From positions 81,888-145,887 of the forward strand of contig CACKSM010000001.1 of the NCBI GenBank assembly GCA_902602885.1: a DNA stretch of 64,000 bases. Direction: 5' to 3'. Shown piece after piece: positions 40,603-49,391 of the stretch (its first letter is position 1; every line of letters starts with the position of its first letter). This DNA is from an uncultured Alphaproteobacteria bacterium. GTDB taxonomy: Bacteria; Pseudomonadota; Alphaproteobacteria; HIMB59; GCA-002718135. Made by a program: the position numbers and the translations under genes. The notes below the pieces were generated by a model. The model was not told where the DNA came from and ran no database searches. It was given only the letters and a program-made list of their open reading frames with translations.

Positions 40603-41781
40603 TTAAATTTTTGTAATCAGATTTGGAATATTTTGTTTAAATTTGAAATAACCTTTTTTTGAAAAAATCCAACTATTAACATCATATTTTCTATTAAAAA
40701 TTATAAAATTAATAGATGGATATTTTGTAATTATTTTTTTATAAATTTTTTTCCAATTTCCCTTAGTAACATAGGGTAAATATATTTCTTGAATTTGAAA
40801 TTTTTCTATCCATTTGTCTAAATTTTCAAAATAACTTTCAAATTCAATATCAATTTTAATATTTTTATAAAAATCATCATCACTAAAACATGAAATACAA
40901 ATACTTTTTATATGTTTAATTATTTTTTCAGAGAAATTGTGATCATTATAATCTTCAATTGGTAAACCTGTAAAGACATTCACTTTTTTGTGATTTAAAT
41001 CTTTTAAAATATTTAACTCATCAGTTGGTATTAAAATATATTTTATCTCTTCTAAATTATAATCAGAGTTTAAATGTAGTTCATTCACATTATAAATTTT
41101 TTCTTCAACTAAAGGATTAGCATTTTCATTTAAAATTTCATTATCTAATATTTTAATATTACTATATTTTTCTATATTACTTTTTCTTGCTATATAATTT
41201 TTACCCTTAGTGTGTATCCCAGCAACCCATCTCCATGATAAAGTATTAGAAGCAGGATCACCATCTAATAAATGTTGCATAAAAAAATCGGCTCCAAGTT
41301 GCCAAGGTAATTTAAGAGTAAAAATCCAAATTGAGGCGAACCACATTCTTACATGATTATGTAAGTACCCATCTTCTCTGAGAGTATTAATCCAATTATT
41401 AAAAAATGAGAGATTTGTATTTCCAGAAATTGCATTTAAATAAAATTTTTTATTACCAAATTCTTCAATTAATTTATTTCTATCTTCTAAATAATCAGAA
41501 TAAACTGATGGTCTATGTTCCAGCCATCCTTTCCAATAAGTTCTCCAATAAATTTCTTGGATGAATTTTTCACAATCTCTTGGTTCATATTTTTCTAAAA
41601 CTTTTTTTAGAACTTGTTCTTCAGATATTAATCTATATCTAATGAAGGGAGATAATAAAGAAGTAGTTTTATTATTGGATCTGTCTTCACTATAATTTCT
41701 ATTTGCTTCATAATATTTTCCTGTTTTAGGCAAATAAGATAAAAGTTGATCTTCAGCAAAGCTGATATTAGATTTAAACAT
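40603..41781 (-). CDS. Photolyase/cryptochrome FAD-binding-domain protein with atypical (N-terminal) domain placement
   Basis: TSLLSPFIRYRLIS, IQEIYWRTYW, YLHNHVRMWFASIW and LLDGDPASNTLSWRWVAG are the hallmark motifs of the CPF FAD domain. Here they occupy residues 1-210, followed by about 180 aa of uncharacterised sequence. Confidence 0.7.
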   Translation of the reverse strand: MFKSNISFAEDQLLSYLPKTGKYYEANRNYSEDRSNNKTTSLLSPFIRYRLISEEQVLKKVLEKYEPRDCEKFIQEIYWRTYWKGWLEHRPSVYSDYLEDRNKLIEEFGNKKFYLNAISGNTNLSFFNNWINTLREDGYLHNHVRMWFASIWIFTLKLPWQLGADFFMQHLLDGDPASNTLSWRWVAGIHTKGKNYIARKSNIEKYSNIKILDNEILNENANPLVEEKIYNVNELHLNSDYNLEEIKYILIPTDELNILKDLNHKKVNVFTGLPIEDYNDHNFSEKIIKHIKSICISCFSDDDFYKNIKIDIEFESYFENLDKWIEKFQIQEIYLPYVTKGNWKKIYKKIITKYPSINFIIFNRKYDVNSWIFSKKGYFKFKQNIPNLITKI

Positions 41782-41792
41782 TTATGTATTAT

Positions 41793-42179
41793 TTAATCGT
41801 CAGATATTTTTTTAGATCGTCTATTAAGTATTTCCATATGACGCACTCTTAAAACCACAATAGCGATAGCTATAATTAAAATTGCTATTGACTCATAAAC
41901 ATAGGCTGAAGGATCCACATCTTTTCTTTGCATAATTATCATTCTTGCAAGAGCTGTCATTGCAATAAATAAAGGATAACTCATTCTAATAACTTTAGAG
42001 ATCCAGTATTCTTTAATCATGCCAATTATTTCAATGTAAATGAATAATAAAAGAATATCTGCTAATGTTACTCTATAAACTGCAATCATTCCTTGCACTT
42101 CCATTCCAATGGCTATGATCGTACAAACAATAAGTACTGACAGTACTATTTTCTCTAATAATTCAAAATATGTATTCAT
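41793..42179 (-). CDS. PsiE-family small membrane protein (tentative)
   Basis: Four TM segments. FIYIEIIGMIKEYW...PLFIAMTALARMIIM...ESIAILIIAIAIVVL parallels the E. coli PsiE pattern as I recall it. Confidence 0.5.
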   Translation of the reverse strand: MNTYFELLEKIVLSVLIVCTIIAIGMEVQGMIAVYRVTLADILLLFIYIEIIGMIKEYWISKVIRMSYPLFIAMTALARMIIMQRKDVDPSAYVYESIAILIIAIAIVVLRVRHMEILNRRSKKISDD

Positions 42180-42541
42180 TTAATTCTATCTATTTTATTT
42201 AGTTGATTCTTGTTTTTGTAAAATAGAATTAGGGCAAAAACTTCATATAAAAACCATGAAACTTGATAAATTACAGGTTTTCTTATTATTTTAGCCAAAA
42301 AACTATATCGTGGAATTTCTAACCACATTTCAATAAATGCATCAACTCCACTATAAACTTTATTATTTTTGACTGTATGCAAACGTCTTAACAATTCCTT
42401 GGCGTTTTTATTCGTATCTTTTTTTGAATTTTTTTCAGTACTTATATCTATCCATTCAAGATTATTTTCTAGTTTTTTGTAATGATTTATTTCAAATCTA
42501 CAAATGCTGCATGAATTATTAAAATAAACTTTAGTAGCCAT
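42176..42541 (-). CDS. DCC-family thiol-disulfide oxidoreductase (DUF393)
   Basis: N-terminal VYFNNSCSICRFEINHY (CxxC) and overall ~120-aa size. Confidence 0.7.
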   Translation of the reverse strand: MATKVYFNNSCSICRFEINHYKKLENNLEWIDISTEKNSKKDTNKNAKELLRRLHTVKNNKVYSGVDAFIEMWLEIPRYSFLAKIIRKPVIYQVSWFLYEVFALILFYKNKNQLNKIDRIK

Positions 42542-42555
42542 AAAAGAAAAATAAT

Positions 42556-43350
42556 TTAAATAAATTGAAATTCAATATCCTCTAATTGTTCAAATCGAGC
42601 TTTTACATGATTACCAGAGTAAATTTTTGATGGTTTTGTACATGAACCAGAAGAAATAAATTGACCTTTAAGTAATGTCCCACCTTTTTTTGCCAGATTA
42701 TTAATTAACCATAAAGCAGCATTTAAAGGATTATTTAAAACATTTTTAGTATTTCCTGAGTCCATTATTTTGTTATCTATATATAAAGTAACTTCAAGAT
42801 CATTGAGATTGACATCATTAATATTATATATTTTTTCATTACGTAACCAAAATTCAGATGCTCCATTTGTCGAGATAACATTTCTTGCGCCAATTTCTGG
42901 TAAAGGTTTTGCAAATCTAAAATCGTTAATTTCTATTGAGCATACTAATCCATCTAATAATAAATCTATATCGTCTATAGTGTAGGGTACCTTTGAGATA
43001 TCTATATCTTCTTTAACTCTAAAACTTATCTCTGGCTCAGCATATGGTTCAAAAAAATTTTTAGCATGTAACTTTTTTGCATTAATTAAACTGTATCTAC
43101 TGTATAAATTTCCATAAAAAGGTTCGTTCATATTTAAAACCTCTTGTGCAGTTAGAGATGTAGCGCCAATTTTTTTTCCAATACAAATATTATCTTTTAG
43201 TTCTAAGTATCTAAGTTTTAAATTATCTTGAATTGCATAAGCTTCATCAATTGTTTGAGGTTCTAGATTTTTTAAAGAACTTAAACCAGTTTTATTTAAT
43301 CTATGTTCAAATAAAATTTTTGATGCTTCTTGAATATCTTCTTTATTCAT
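42556..43350 (-). CDS. Fumarylacetoacetate-hydrolase-fold hydratase/decarboxylase (2-keto-4-pentenoate hydratase-like)
   Basis: N-terminal AYAIQD, then GKKIGATS and EPEISF, as in the MhpD/XylJ family. Confidence 0.65.
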   Translation of the reverse strand: MNKEDIQEASKILFEHRLNKTGLSSLKNLEPQTIDEAYAIQDNLKLRYLELKDNICIGKKIGATSLTAQEVLNMNEPFYGNLYSRYSLINAKKLHAKNFFEPYAEPEISFRVKEDIDISKVPYTIDDIDLLLDGLVCSIEINDFRFAKPLPEIGARNVISTNGASEFWLRNEKIYNINDVNLNDLEVTLYIDNKIMDSGNTKNVLNNPLNAALWLINNLAKKGGTLLKGQFISSGSCTKPSKIYSGNHVKARFEQLEDIEFQFI

Positions 43351-44060
43351 ACTTTAATTGCGTACTTGTTAATTTCTTCATATATGTCTAAACATTCTTT
43401 ATAAATATTTTCATAAGTTTTTGGTACAATATATTCTTTAGTATTCTTGGTATTAAAAGTAGTAGAGGAGATTACATCTTGATACCAAACTTTTGACCAA
43501 ATGCCATCGGTATCTCTATAACCTTTTGGCCAATTAAGCATGTTTTGATCAAAATCTAAATTTAATTTTTGACACAAAATCTTTAAATACTTTTCTGGAT
43601 TTGCTAATAAATAATCAGAGTTTATTATTATAGGATCTTTTGAATTTAATTTTTTAAAAATTTCATAAAGTTTTTTAAAACCTACATCTTGAATTGATTG
43701 TAAAGTATTTTTTTTTAAATATGAGACAATTACTTTAGCAGGATCACGGATCAAAAAGCAATTTATACCTTTATCGATCCAATCTAAACGTGTTTCATCT
43801 AAAATATGATGAGTCATATGTTTTTGGTAAAATATTTGATAATTATTATCATCTTTAGTAATTAATTTAATTACCTCATCTTCATTAGTGTGATAGTGAT
43901 TTATAATTTCATCTTTCATTGGATGATTTAAGTTAGTTCTTTTTAAATAATATGCATAAAAAGGTTCGTCGTAAACTTTAGTGTCCTTTCTATTTTCAAA
44001 GGATCGCATCAATGCAGTACTAATATTTCTAGGTCCAGACCAAACAAATAAATTAATCAT
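43347..44060 (-). CDS. Uncharacterised protein, sulfotransferase-like fold suspected
   Basis: N-terminal VWSGPRNISTALMRSF...YDEPFY resembles a PAPS/P-loop-like 5'-phosphosulfate-binding start. Otherwise no recognisable motif. Confidence 0.3.
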   Translation of the reverse strand: MINLFVWSGPRNISTALMRSFENRKDTKVYDEPFYAYYLKRTNLNHPMKDEIINHYHTNEDEVIKLITKDDNNYQIFYQKHMTHHILDETRLDWIDKGINCFLIRDPAKVIVSYLKKNTLQSIQDVGFKKLYEIFKKLNSKDPIIINSDYLLANPEKYLKILCQKLNLDFDQNMLNWPKGYRDTDGIWSKVWYQDVISSTTFNTKNTKEYIVPKTYENIYKECLDIYEEINKYAIKV

Positions 44061-44951
44061 TTAAAATAAGTTATTATAAAAATTAGTTAATTCTTTAGTA
44101 ATAGGATTTTTCTTTAATGAGTATTTTTTCTTATTTATCTGATTTACTGGAACAATTCCTGCAAAAGATCCAGTACAAAATGCTTCATCTGCATTTAATA
44201 CTTCTTTTAATTTAAAATTTTTTTCTTTTACTTTTATTTTATTTTTTTTACATAGATCTATAATTTTCTGTCTTGTAATTCCTGTAACACAATATTTTCC
44301 GGTTGAAGTATAAACAGTATTATTTTTCACAAAGAAGAAATGCGTACTATTATTTGTAGCTACATTTCCGTTAATATCAAACATTAGTGCTTCATCAGCA
44401 TTCTTTTTATTAGCTTCAATACATGCAAGTATACAATTTAATTTACTAAGCGAATTTATTTGTGGATTTTGAACATTAATTGGCCCCCTAATAGTTTTTA
44501 CTGTAACCAATTTTAATCCTTTCTTATATGCTTTAATATCTGGTTTTTTATATTCAGGGATGATGATGATTGTTGGTTTCGATATTGTAACTTTAGGTGA
44601 TTGATAGGGTGTTGATTTAATACCTCTAGAAACAATTATTCTTAAATGAACATCTGTTTTCATTTTATTTATTTGGATAGTCTTTATTAGTGCTTCTGAA
44701 AGTTTTTTACGGGTTAAATGTATTTTTAAGTCAATAAGCTTTGCATCTTTATATAGCCTATCTAGATGTTCTTTAAGAAAAATGAAATTATCATTATGGT
44801 ATCTTAAAGAATCCCAGATACCATCCCCAAGCATTGTTGAGGAGTCAAATACTGATATTTTGGCATCTTTTCTTTTATAAAATTTTCCGTTGATATAAAT
44901 TTTAATATTTTTATTTCTTTTATCATCTACAAAATCATGACTTGAAACCAT
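44061..44951 (-). CDS. Class IV (fold-type IV) aminotransferase (BCAT / D-amino-acid aminotransferase / ADC lyase family)
   Basis: FDSSTMLGDGIWDSLR, LRIIVSRG, EALMFDINGNVATNNSTHFFFV, GITRQKII. Confidence 0.85.
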   Translation of the reverse strand: MVSSHDFVDDKRNKNIKIYINGKFYKRKDAKISVFDSSTMLGDGIWDSLRYHNDNFIFLKEHLDRLYKDAKLIDLKIHLTRKKLSEALIKTIQINKMKTDVHLRIIVSRGIKSTPYQSPKVTISKPTIIIIPEYKKPDIKAYKKGLKLVTVKTIRGPINVQNPQINSLSKLNCILACIEANKKNADEALMFDINGNVATNNSTHFFFVKNNTVYTSTGKYCVTGITRQKIIDLCKKNKIKVKEKNFKLKEVLNADEAFCTGSFAGIVPVNQINKKKYSLKKNPITKELTNFYNNLF

Positions 44952-45069
44952 AATTATTTTTATCTTAATAGCAAATATTGTCTACTTAATAATTTTATTA
45001 ACTTTTATTGCAAATCAAAGAGTGACATGTGATCAAATTAATATAACCAATTAGAAATTATCTTTTGTA

Positions 45070-46230
45070 ATGTTTAATAAAAATTTTATTGTTATTTGTA
45101 TATCTTCTACAATTGCAGCTTTTCCACCAATGGCTGTAGTTTTATTAGGTGGAATAATTACATCCCAGATAATGATAAAAGATTCATTAGCAACAGTACC
45201 AATGACTTTAATGATTATAGGTATAGCAATAAGTGCACCTATTGCATCTAGGTTTATGAGTATCTGGGGGAGACAGAAAGGATTTTTATTTTCATCTCTT
45301 TTAAGTTTCTTAGCTCTAATTATTTGTTCAATTGCAATTTATTTGGAAAATTTTTTTATTTTTGCATTAGGTAATTTTTTAATTGGTAGCTCACAAGCTT
45401 TCATTCATCAGTATAGATTTGCTGCATCTGAATCAGTTAAAAAAGAATTTATTCCAAGATCTATCTCAATTATATTATTATTAGGTATAGTTTCTGCATT
45501 ACTTTCATCTAATTTTGCAGAATATTTTAAAGATTTTTTTCCAAGTTATTTATTTCTTGGTAGTTATATTTTCTTATCTTTTACAGCAATCATTCCTTTC
45601 TTTGTTCTTCTTTTTTATGAGGAAACAAAAAATACTATTAATCAAAGTAAATTTGAAATTGAAACTATTTTCAAACTTTTAAAAAATATTAAAATTATAC
45701 AATCAATCGTAAGCGCTGGTCTTGGTTATTTTACAATGGCTATAATCATGACTGCTACCCCTTTACATATGCATCTTGTTAATAAATTTACTTTATTTGA
45801 AACCAGTATCGTAATTCAACTTCACGTCATTGGTATGTTTTTACCCTCTCTGTTTTCTGGAGATTTAATTAAAAGATTTGGAAATACAAATATTATATAT
45901 GCAGGAGTAATTATTTTGTTTTTAAGTATATTAACTAATACATTCTTTGATTTTTATTATTCATATATGCTTGGTTTAATATTACTTGGTATTGGCTGGA
46001 ATTTTTTATTTGTTTCAGGCTCAAGTTTGTTGGTTGTTTCTTACAAAGAAAAGGATAAATTTACAGCACAAGGTCTAAATGATTTTATTGTTTTTTCTAC
46101 TCAAGGTATAGGATCGCTATCTGCTGGTTTTCTTTTATATTTTTCAAATTGGACTGTTATAAATCTTTTATGTGTTCCTCTTTTAATTATTGTTTTAGTA
46201 GTTTCTTTTATTTCATCTAGAAATAATTAA
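45070..46230 (+). CDS. MFS transporter
   Basis: 386 aa with about 12 TM segments, arranged in two halves. Confidence 0.7.
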   Translation: MFNKNFIVICISSTIAAFPPMAVVLLGGIITSQIMIKDSLATVPMTLMIIGIAISAPIASRFMSIWGRQKGFLFSSLLSFLALIICSIAIYLENFFIFALGNFLIGSSQAFIHQYRFAASESVKKEFIPRSISIILLLGIVSALLSSNFAEYFKDFFPSYLFLGSYIFLSFTAIIPFFVLLFYEETKNTINQSKFEIETIFKLLKNIKIIQSIVSAGLGYFTMAIIMTATPLHMHLVNKFTLFETSIVIQLHVIGMFLPSLFSGDLIKRFGNTNIIYAGVIILFLSILTNTFFDFYYSYMLGLILLGIGWNFLFVSGSSLLVVSYKEKDKFTAQGLNDFIVFSTQGIGSLSAGFLLYFSNWTVINLLCVPLLIIVLVVSFISSRNN

Positions 46231-46279
46231 AATTAATAATTCACTTTTAAATAATAATTTTTTCACTATAGTTATTATT

Positions 46280-47140
46280 ATGAGCAATGTAGGATTTATA
46301 GGTGTTGGCTATATGGGCTATGGAATGGCTAAAAATTTATTAAAAAAACACAATGTATTTATTTTTGCTCATAGAAATAGAAAACCCATAAACAAATTAA
46401 AAAAAATCGGAGCTAAAGAATTAAAATCATATAATGAAATACAAAATTATAAACTTGATTGTTTAATGATATGTGTAACAAATACACCTGTTGCATTGAA
46501 TGTAGCAAACAAAATTAAACAACAACTTGATAGTAAAACACTCGTAATAGATCTAACAACTCATAACAAAAATGGCGCTTTAAAAATGGATAAAATTTTT
46601 AATTCAAAAAAAATAAGCTATAATTTTTGTGGTGTAATGGGCGGACCAGTTCAAAGTGAGCAGGGTGTATTAGGTGGGATTTATGGTGGTAAAAAAAGTA
46701 ATTTTTTAAAATGTAAAAAGTATCTTAATTCATTTTGTAAGTCTGTTTTTAATTTTGGTGATGTATCAAAAGCATCTTCTGCAAAATTATTATCTAACTT
46801 TTTATCATTAATGACTACCACTACTGTTATTGAATTTTTTAAATCTGCAAAAAAACTAGATATTAATATTAAACTTTTATGTGATGTTGCTAGATTGGGT
46901 TCAGGAAATTCAGGAGCTTTAGATAGAATTGCAGATAAAGCTATAAAAGGTAATTACAAAGGATATGTTTTTTCAGTAGATAATACATACAAAGATTTGA
47001 ATTATATTAATGACCTTGTTTCAGACCTACCAAATGCCAGTAAACTCTCAAAAATAGCAAAATCATTTTACAAACAAGCTTCAAAAAAAGGATTTGGAGA
47101 TTTACTAGTTAGTGAATTAATCCATAAGGAAAAATATTAA
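46280..47140 (+). CDS. NAD(P)-dependent 3-hydroxyisobutyrate/6-phosphogluconate dehydrogenase-like oxidoreductase
   Basis: VGFIGVGYMGYGMAKNL Rossmann motif, SKASSAKLLSN and KDLNY. Confidence 0.8.
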   Translation: MSNVGFIGVGYMGYGMAKNLLKKHNVFIFAHRNRKPINKLKKIGAKELKSYNEIQNYKLDCLMICVTNTPVALNVANKIKQQLDSKTLVIDLTTHNKNGALKMDKIFNSKKISYNFCGVMGGPVQSEQGVLGGIYGGKKSNFLKCKKYLNSFCKSVFNFGDVSKASSAKLLSNFLSLMTTTTVIEFFKSAKKLDINIKLLCDVARLGSGNSGALDRIADKAIKGNYKGYVFSVDNTYKDLNYINDLVSDLPNASKLSKIAKSFYKQASKKGFGDLLVSELIHKEKY

Positions 47141-47143
47141 TAA

Positions 47144-47314
47144 ATGGATAAGCTAGTTCCAATTATTTATATGATTGGGGTACTTTTATTGGTTTTACCA
47201 TCTTTCTTAAGCTCGAATAATAATTTAAAAACTTTTTTTACAAATTTATCTATTTGGGTAGCTATAGTATTGGTTGTTTTATCTATTTACTTTGCCTACA
47301 ATTATTTTCTTTGA
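47144..47314 (+). CDS. 56-aa two-TM small membrane protein (below the ORF-track size cutoff)
   Basis: My translation: MDKLVPIIYMIGVLLLVLPSFLSSNNNLKTFFTNLSIWVAIVLVVLSIYFAYNYFL*. It fills an otherwise unusually long 242-nt spacer. ATG lies 4 nt after the upstream stop. Confidence 0.3.
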   Translation: MDKLVPIIYMIGVLLLVLPSFLSSNNNLKTFFTNLSIWVAIVLVVLSIYFAYNYFL

Positions 47315-47382
47315 TTCATTAAATCAAATTTAATTTATTTAGATGTAGACTAATTAAATACAAATATTTATACGAGTTTTCG

Positions 47383-48492
47383 ATGCCCAATCAATTTGTA
47401 GCTAAATCAAGAAGGTTGAGAAGTACTATTTATTCTTCCAGAATTGAAAAACAGGGTGTTACTTCTTATACAATATATAATCATATGTTACTTCCTGCAG
47501 GTTTTGAGGGAAGTCTTGAAGAAACATATAATCATTTAAAAAATCATGTTCAAATATGGGATGTAGCTGCCGAGAGACAAATAGAAATTAGAGGTAAGGA
47601 CGCCTATCAATTAGTTCAATTAATGACTTGCAGGGATTTAAGTAATGCCAAAGAAGGTAAATGTTATTATTGTCCAATAATTGATGAAAATGGAGGAATG
47701 ATTAATGATCCTGTTGTACTAAAATTTAACAATGAAAAATGGTGGATTTCAATTGCTGACTCAGACGTTATGTTATTTGCTAAAGGTCTTGCTATAGGAA
47801 AAAATTTAGAAGTTTCAATTACTGAGCCCGATGTAAATATAATGGCTGTTCAAGGTCCTAAGGCTTTTAATTTGTTAGAGAAAGTTTTTGGTAAAGAAAT
47901 TTTTGAATTAAAATTTTATAATTTTAAATATTTTAATTTTAAAAATACCAAACATTTAATTGCTAGATCTGGTTGGTCAAAACAGGGTGGTGTAGAAATT
48001 TATGTGGAAGACACTAAATCTGGTTTAGAATTATACGATTTATTATTTGAAGAAGGTAAAGAGTTTAACGTCAAACCAGGGTGTCCTCATTTAATTGAAA
48101 GAATTGAAGGCGCTTTACTTTCTTATGGTAACGATATGGATATAAATGATAATCCATTTGAATGTGGATTAGATAAATTTGTTCATCTAGAAAATGATAT
48201 TGAATTTCTTGGAAAAGATAAATTAATTAAAATTAAAGAAAATGGAATAAATAAAAAATTAATGGGAGTGAAGATTAATATTGATAATATTAATTTAAGA
48301 TCAGCAATTCATTTAACAATTGGTGATAAAATAATTGGCGAAATTAGATCTGCAGTCTTTTCACCTACATTTAACATGGTGATTGGAATTGCAATGATAA
48401 ATAAACCATACTTTTTGTCTAAAGATCAATTTGATATCATTATAGACAATAAAAAATACAAAGGAGAAATTTGCGATATCCCATTCGTATAA
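47383..48492 (+). CDS. dmdA: GcvT-family aminomethyltransferase, DMSP demethylase DmdA-like
   Basis: [31 protein letters not shown]...[19 protein letters not shown]...LMTCRDLS matches the DmdA N-terminal pattern as I recall it from Ruegeria/Pelagibacter. 369 aa, the length I recall for P. ubique DmdA. Confidence 0.65.
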   Translation: MPNQFVAKSRRLRSTIYSSRIEKQGVTSYTIYNHMLLPAGFEGSLEETYNHLKNHVQIWDVAAERQIEIRGKDAYQLVQLMTCRDLSNAKEGKCYYCPIIDENGGMINDPVVLKFNNEKWWISIADSDVMLFAKGLAIGKNLEVSITEPDVNIMAVQGPKAFNLLEKVFGKEIFELKFYNFKYFNFKNTKHLIARSGWSKQGGVEIYVEDTKSGLELYDLLFEEGKEFNVKPGCPHLIERIEGALLSYGNDMDINDNPFECGLDKFVHLENDIEFLGKDKLIKIKENGINKKLMGVKINIDNINLRSAIHLTIGDKIIGEIRSAVFSPTFNMVIGIAMINKPYFLSKDQFDIIIDNKKYKGEICDIPFV

Positions 48493-48495
48493 CTT

Positions 48496-49383
48496 ATGAA
48501 TAATAATGTAAAAGCTATTATTTTAGCTTTAGTTGCTTCTGTTTCAGGAGTAACAATGAATGTTCTTATTAAATTTTCACTTCAAGATATAAATGTATTT
48601 ACTGCTGGATTTTTGAGATTTCTTTTTGGGTTTATTTTAATTCTGCCTTTTATTTTTTATAATAAATTTCAAAACTTTAAGACACCTAATTTAAAAATTC
48701 ATTTAACAAGAGGTATTTTAAATATTCCAATGATGTTACTTGGATTTTCTGCACTACAATTTATACCTTTAGAACAAATCAAAGCAATTTCTTTTGTTAC
48801 ACCTATAATTGTAGTTGTTTTAAGTGTAATTTTTTTGAAAGAAAAAATTTATTTAATTCGTATTGGTGCTTTGCTAATCGGTCTAGTTGGAGTCTTTGTT
48901 ATATTAAGGCCAGGTATTGTTCCAATAAATGTTGGTGCATATTTGGTTTTATGTTCCTGTTCTATTTGGTCAGTAGTTGTCATAATTACAAAATTTGCAG
49001 CAAGAGTTGATAGTGCATTTACAATTTTATCTTACCAATATACCCTAGTCACATTCTTATCTTTTCCTATCGCTTTATATTTTTGGCAATCTCCTTCATC
49101 AGAAACATTATATTATTTAATTTTTGCAGGCATTGCTGGGACGATAGTACATTTGTGTATCAATATAGCTTATAAGCTTACAGATTTATCGGTTTTACAA
49201 CCTGTAAACTTTTCCAGGTTATTAATTGCATCTTTATTTGGTTTTTTTATTTTTGATGAAATACCTGATATTTGGACGATAATAGGAGGTTTAATAATTT
49301 TTTCATCAATTCTGATTATTACTTATAGAGAAAATTATCTAAAAAAAGATATAGCAAAGCAATCAATACCGATTAAACTTTAA
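48496..49383 (+). CDS. EamA/DMT-family transporter, tandem paralog 1
   Basis: 295 aa with 10 TM segments in two EamA halves. Roughly 50% identical by eye to the next gene. Confidence 0.85.
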   Translation: MNNNVKAIILALVASVSGVTMNVLIKFSLQDINVFTAGFLRFLFGFILILPFIFYNKFQNFKTPNLKIHLTRGILNIPMMLLGFSALQFIPLEQIKAISFVTPIIVVVLSVIFLKEKIYLIRIGALLIGLVGVFVILRPGIVPINVGAYLVLCSCSIWSVVVIITKFAARVDSAFTILSYQYTLVTFLSFPIALYFWQSPSSETLYYLIFAGIAGTIVHLCINIAYKLTDLSVLQPVNFSRLLIASLFGFFIFDEIPDIWTIIGGLIIFSSILIITYRENYLKKDIAKQSIPIKL

Positions 49384-49391
49384 TTTTATTA

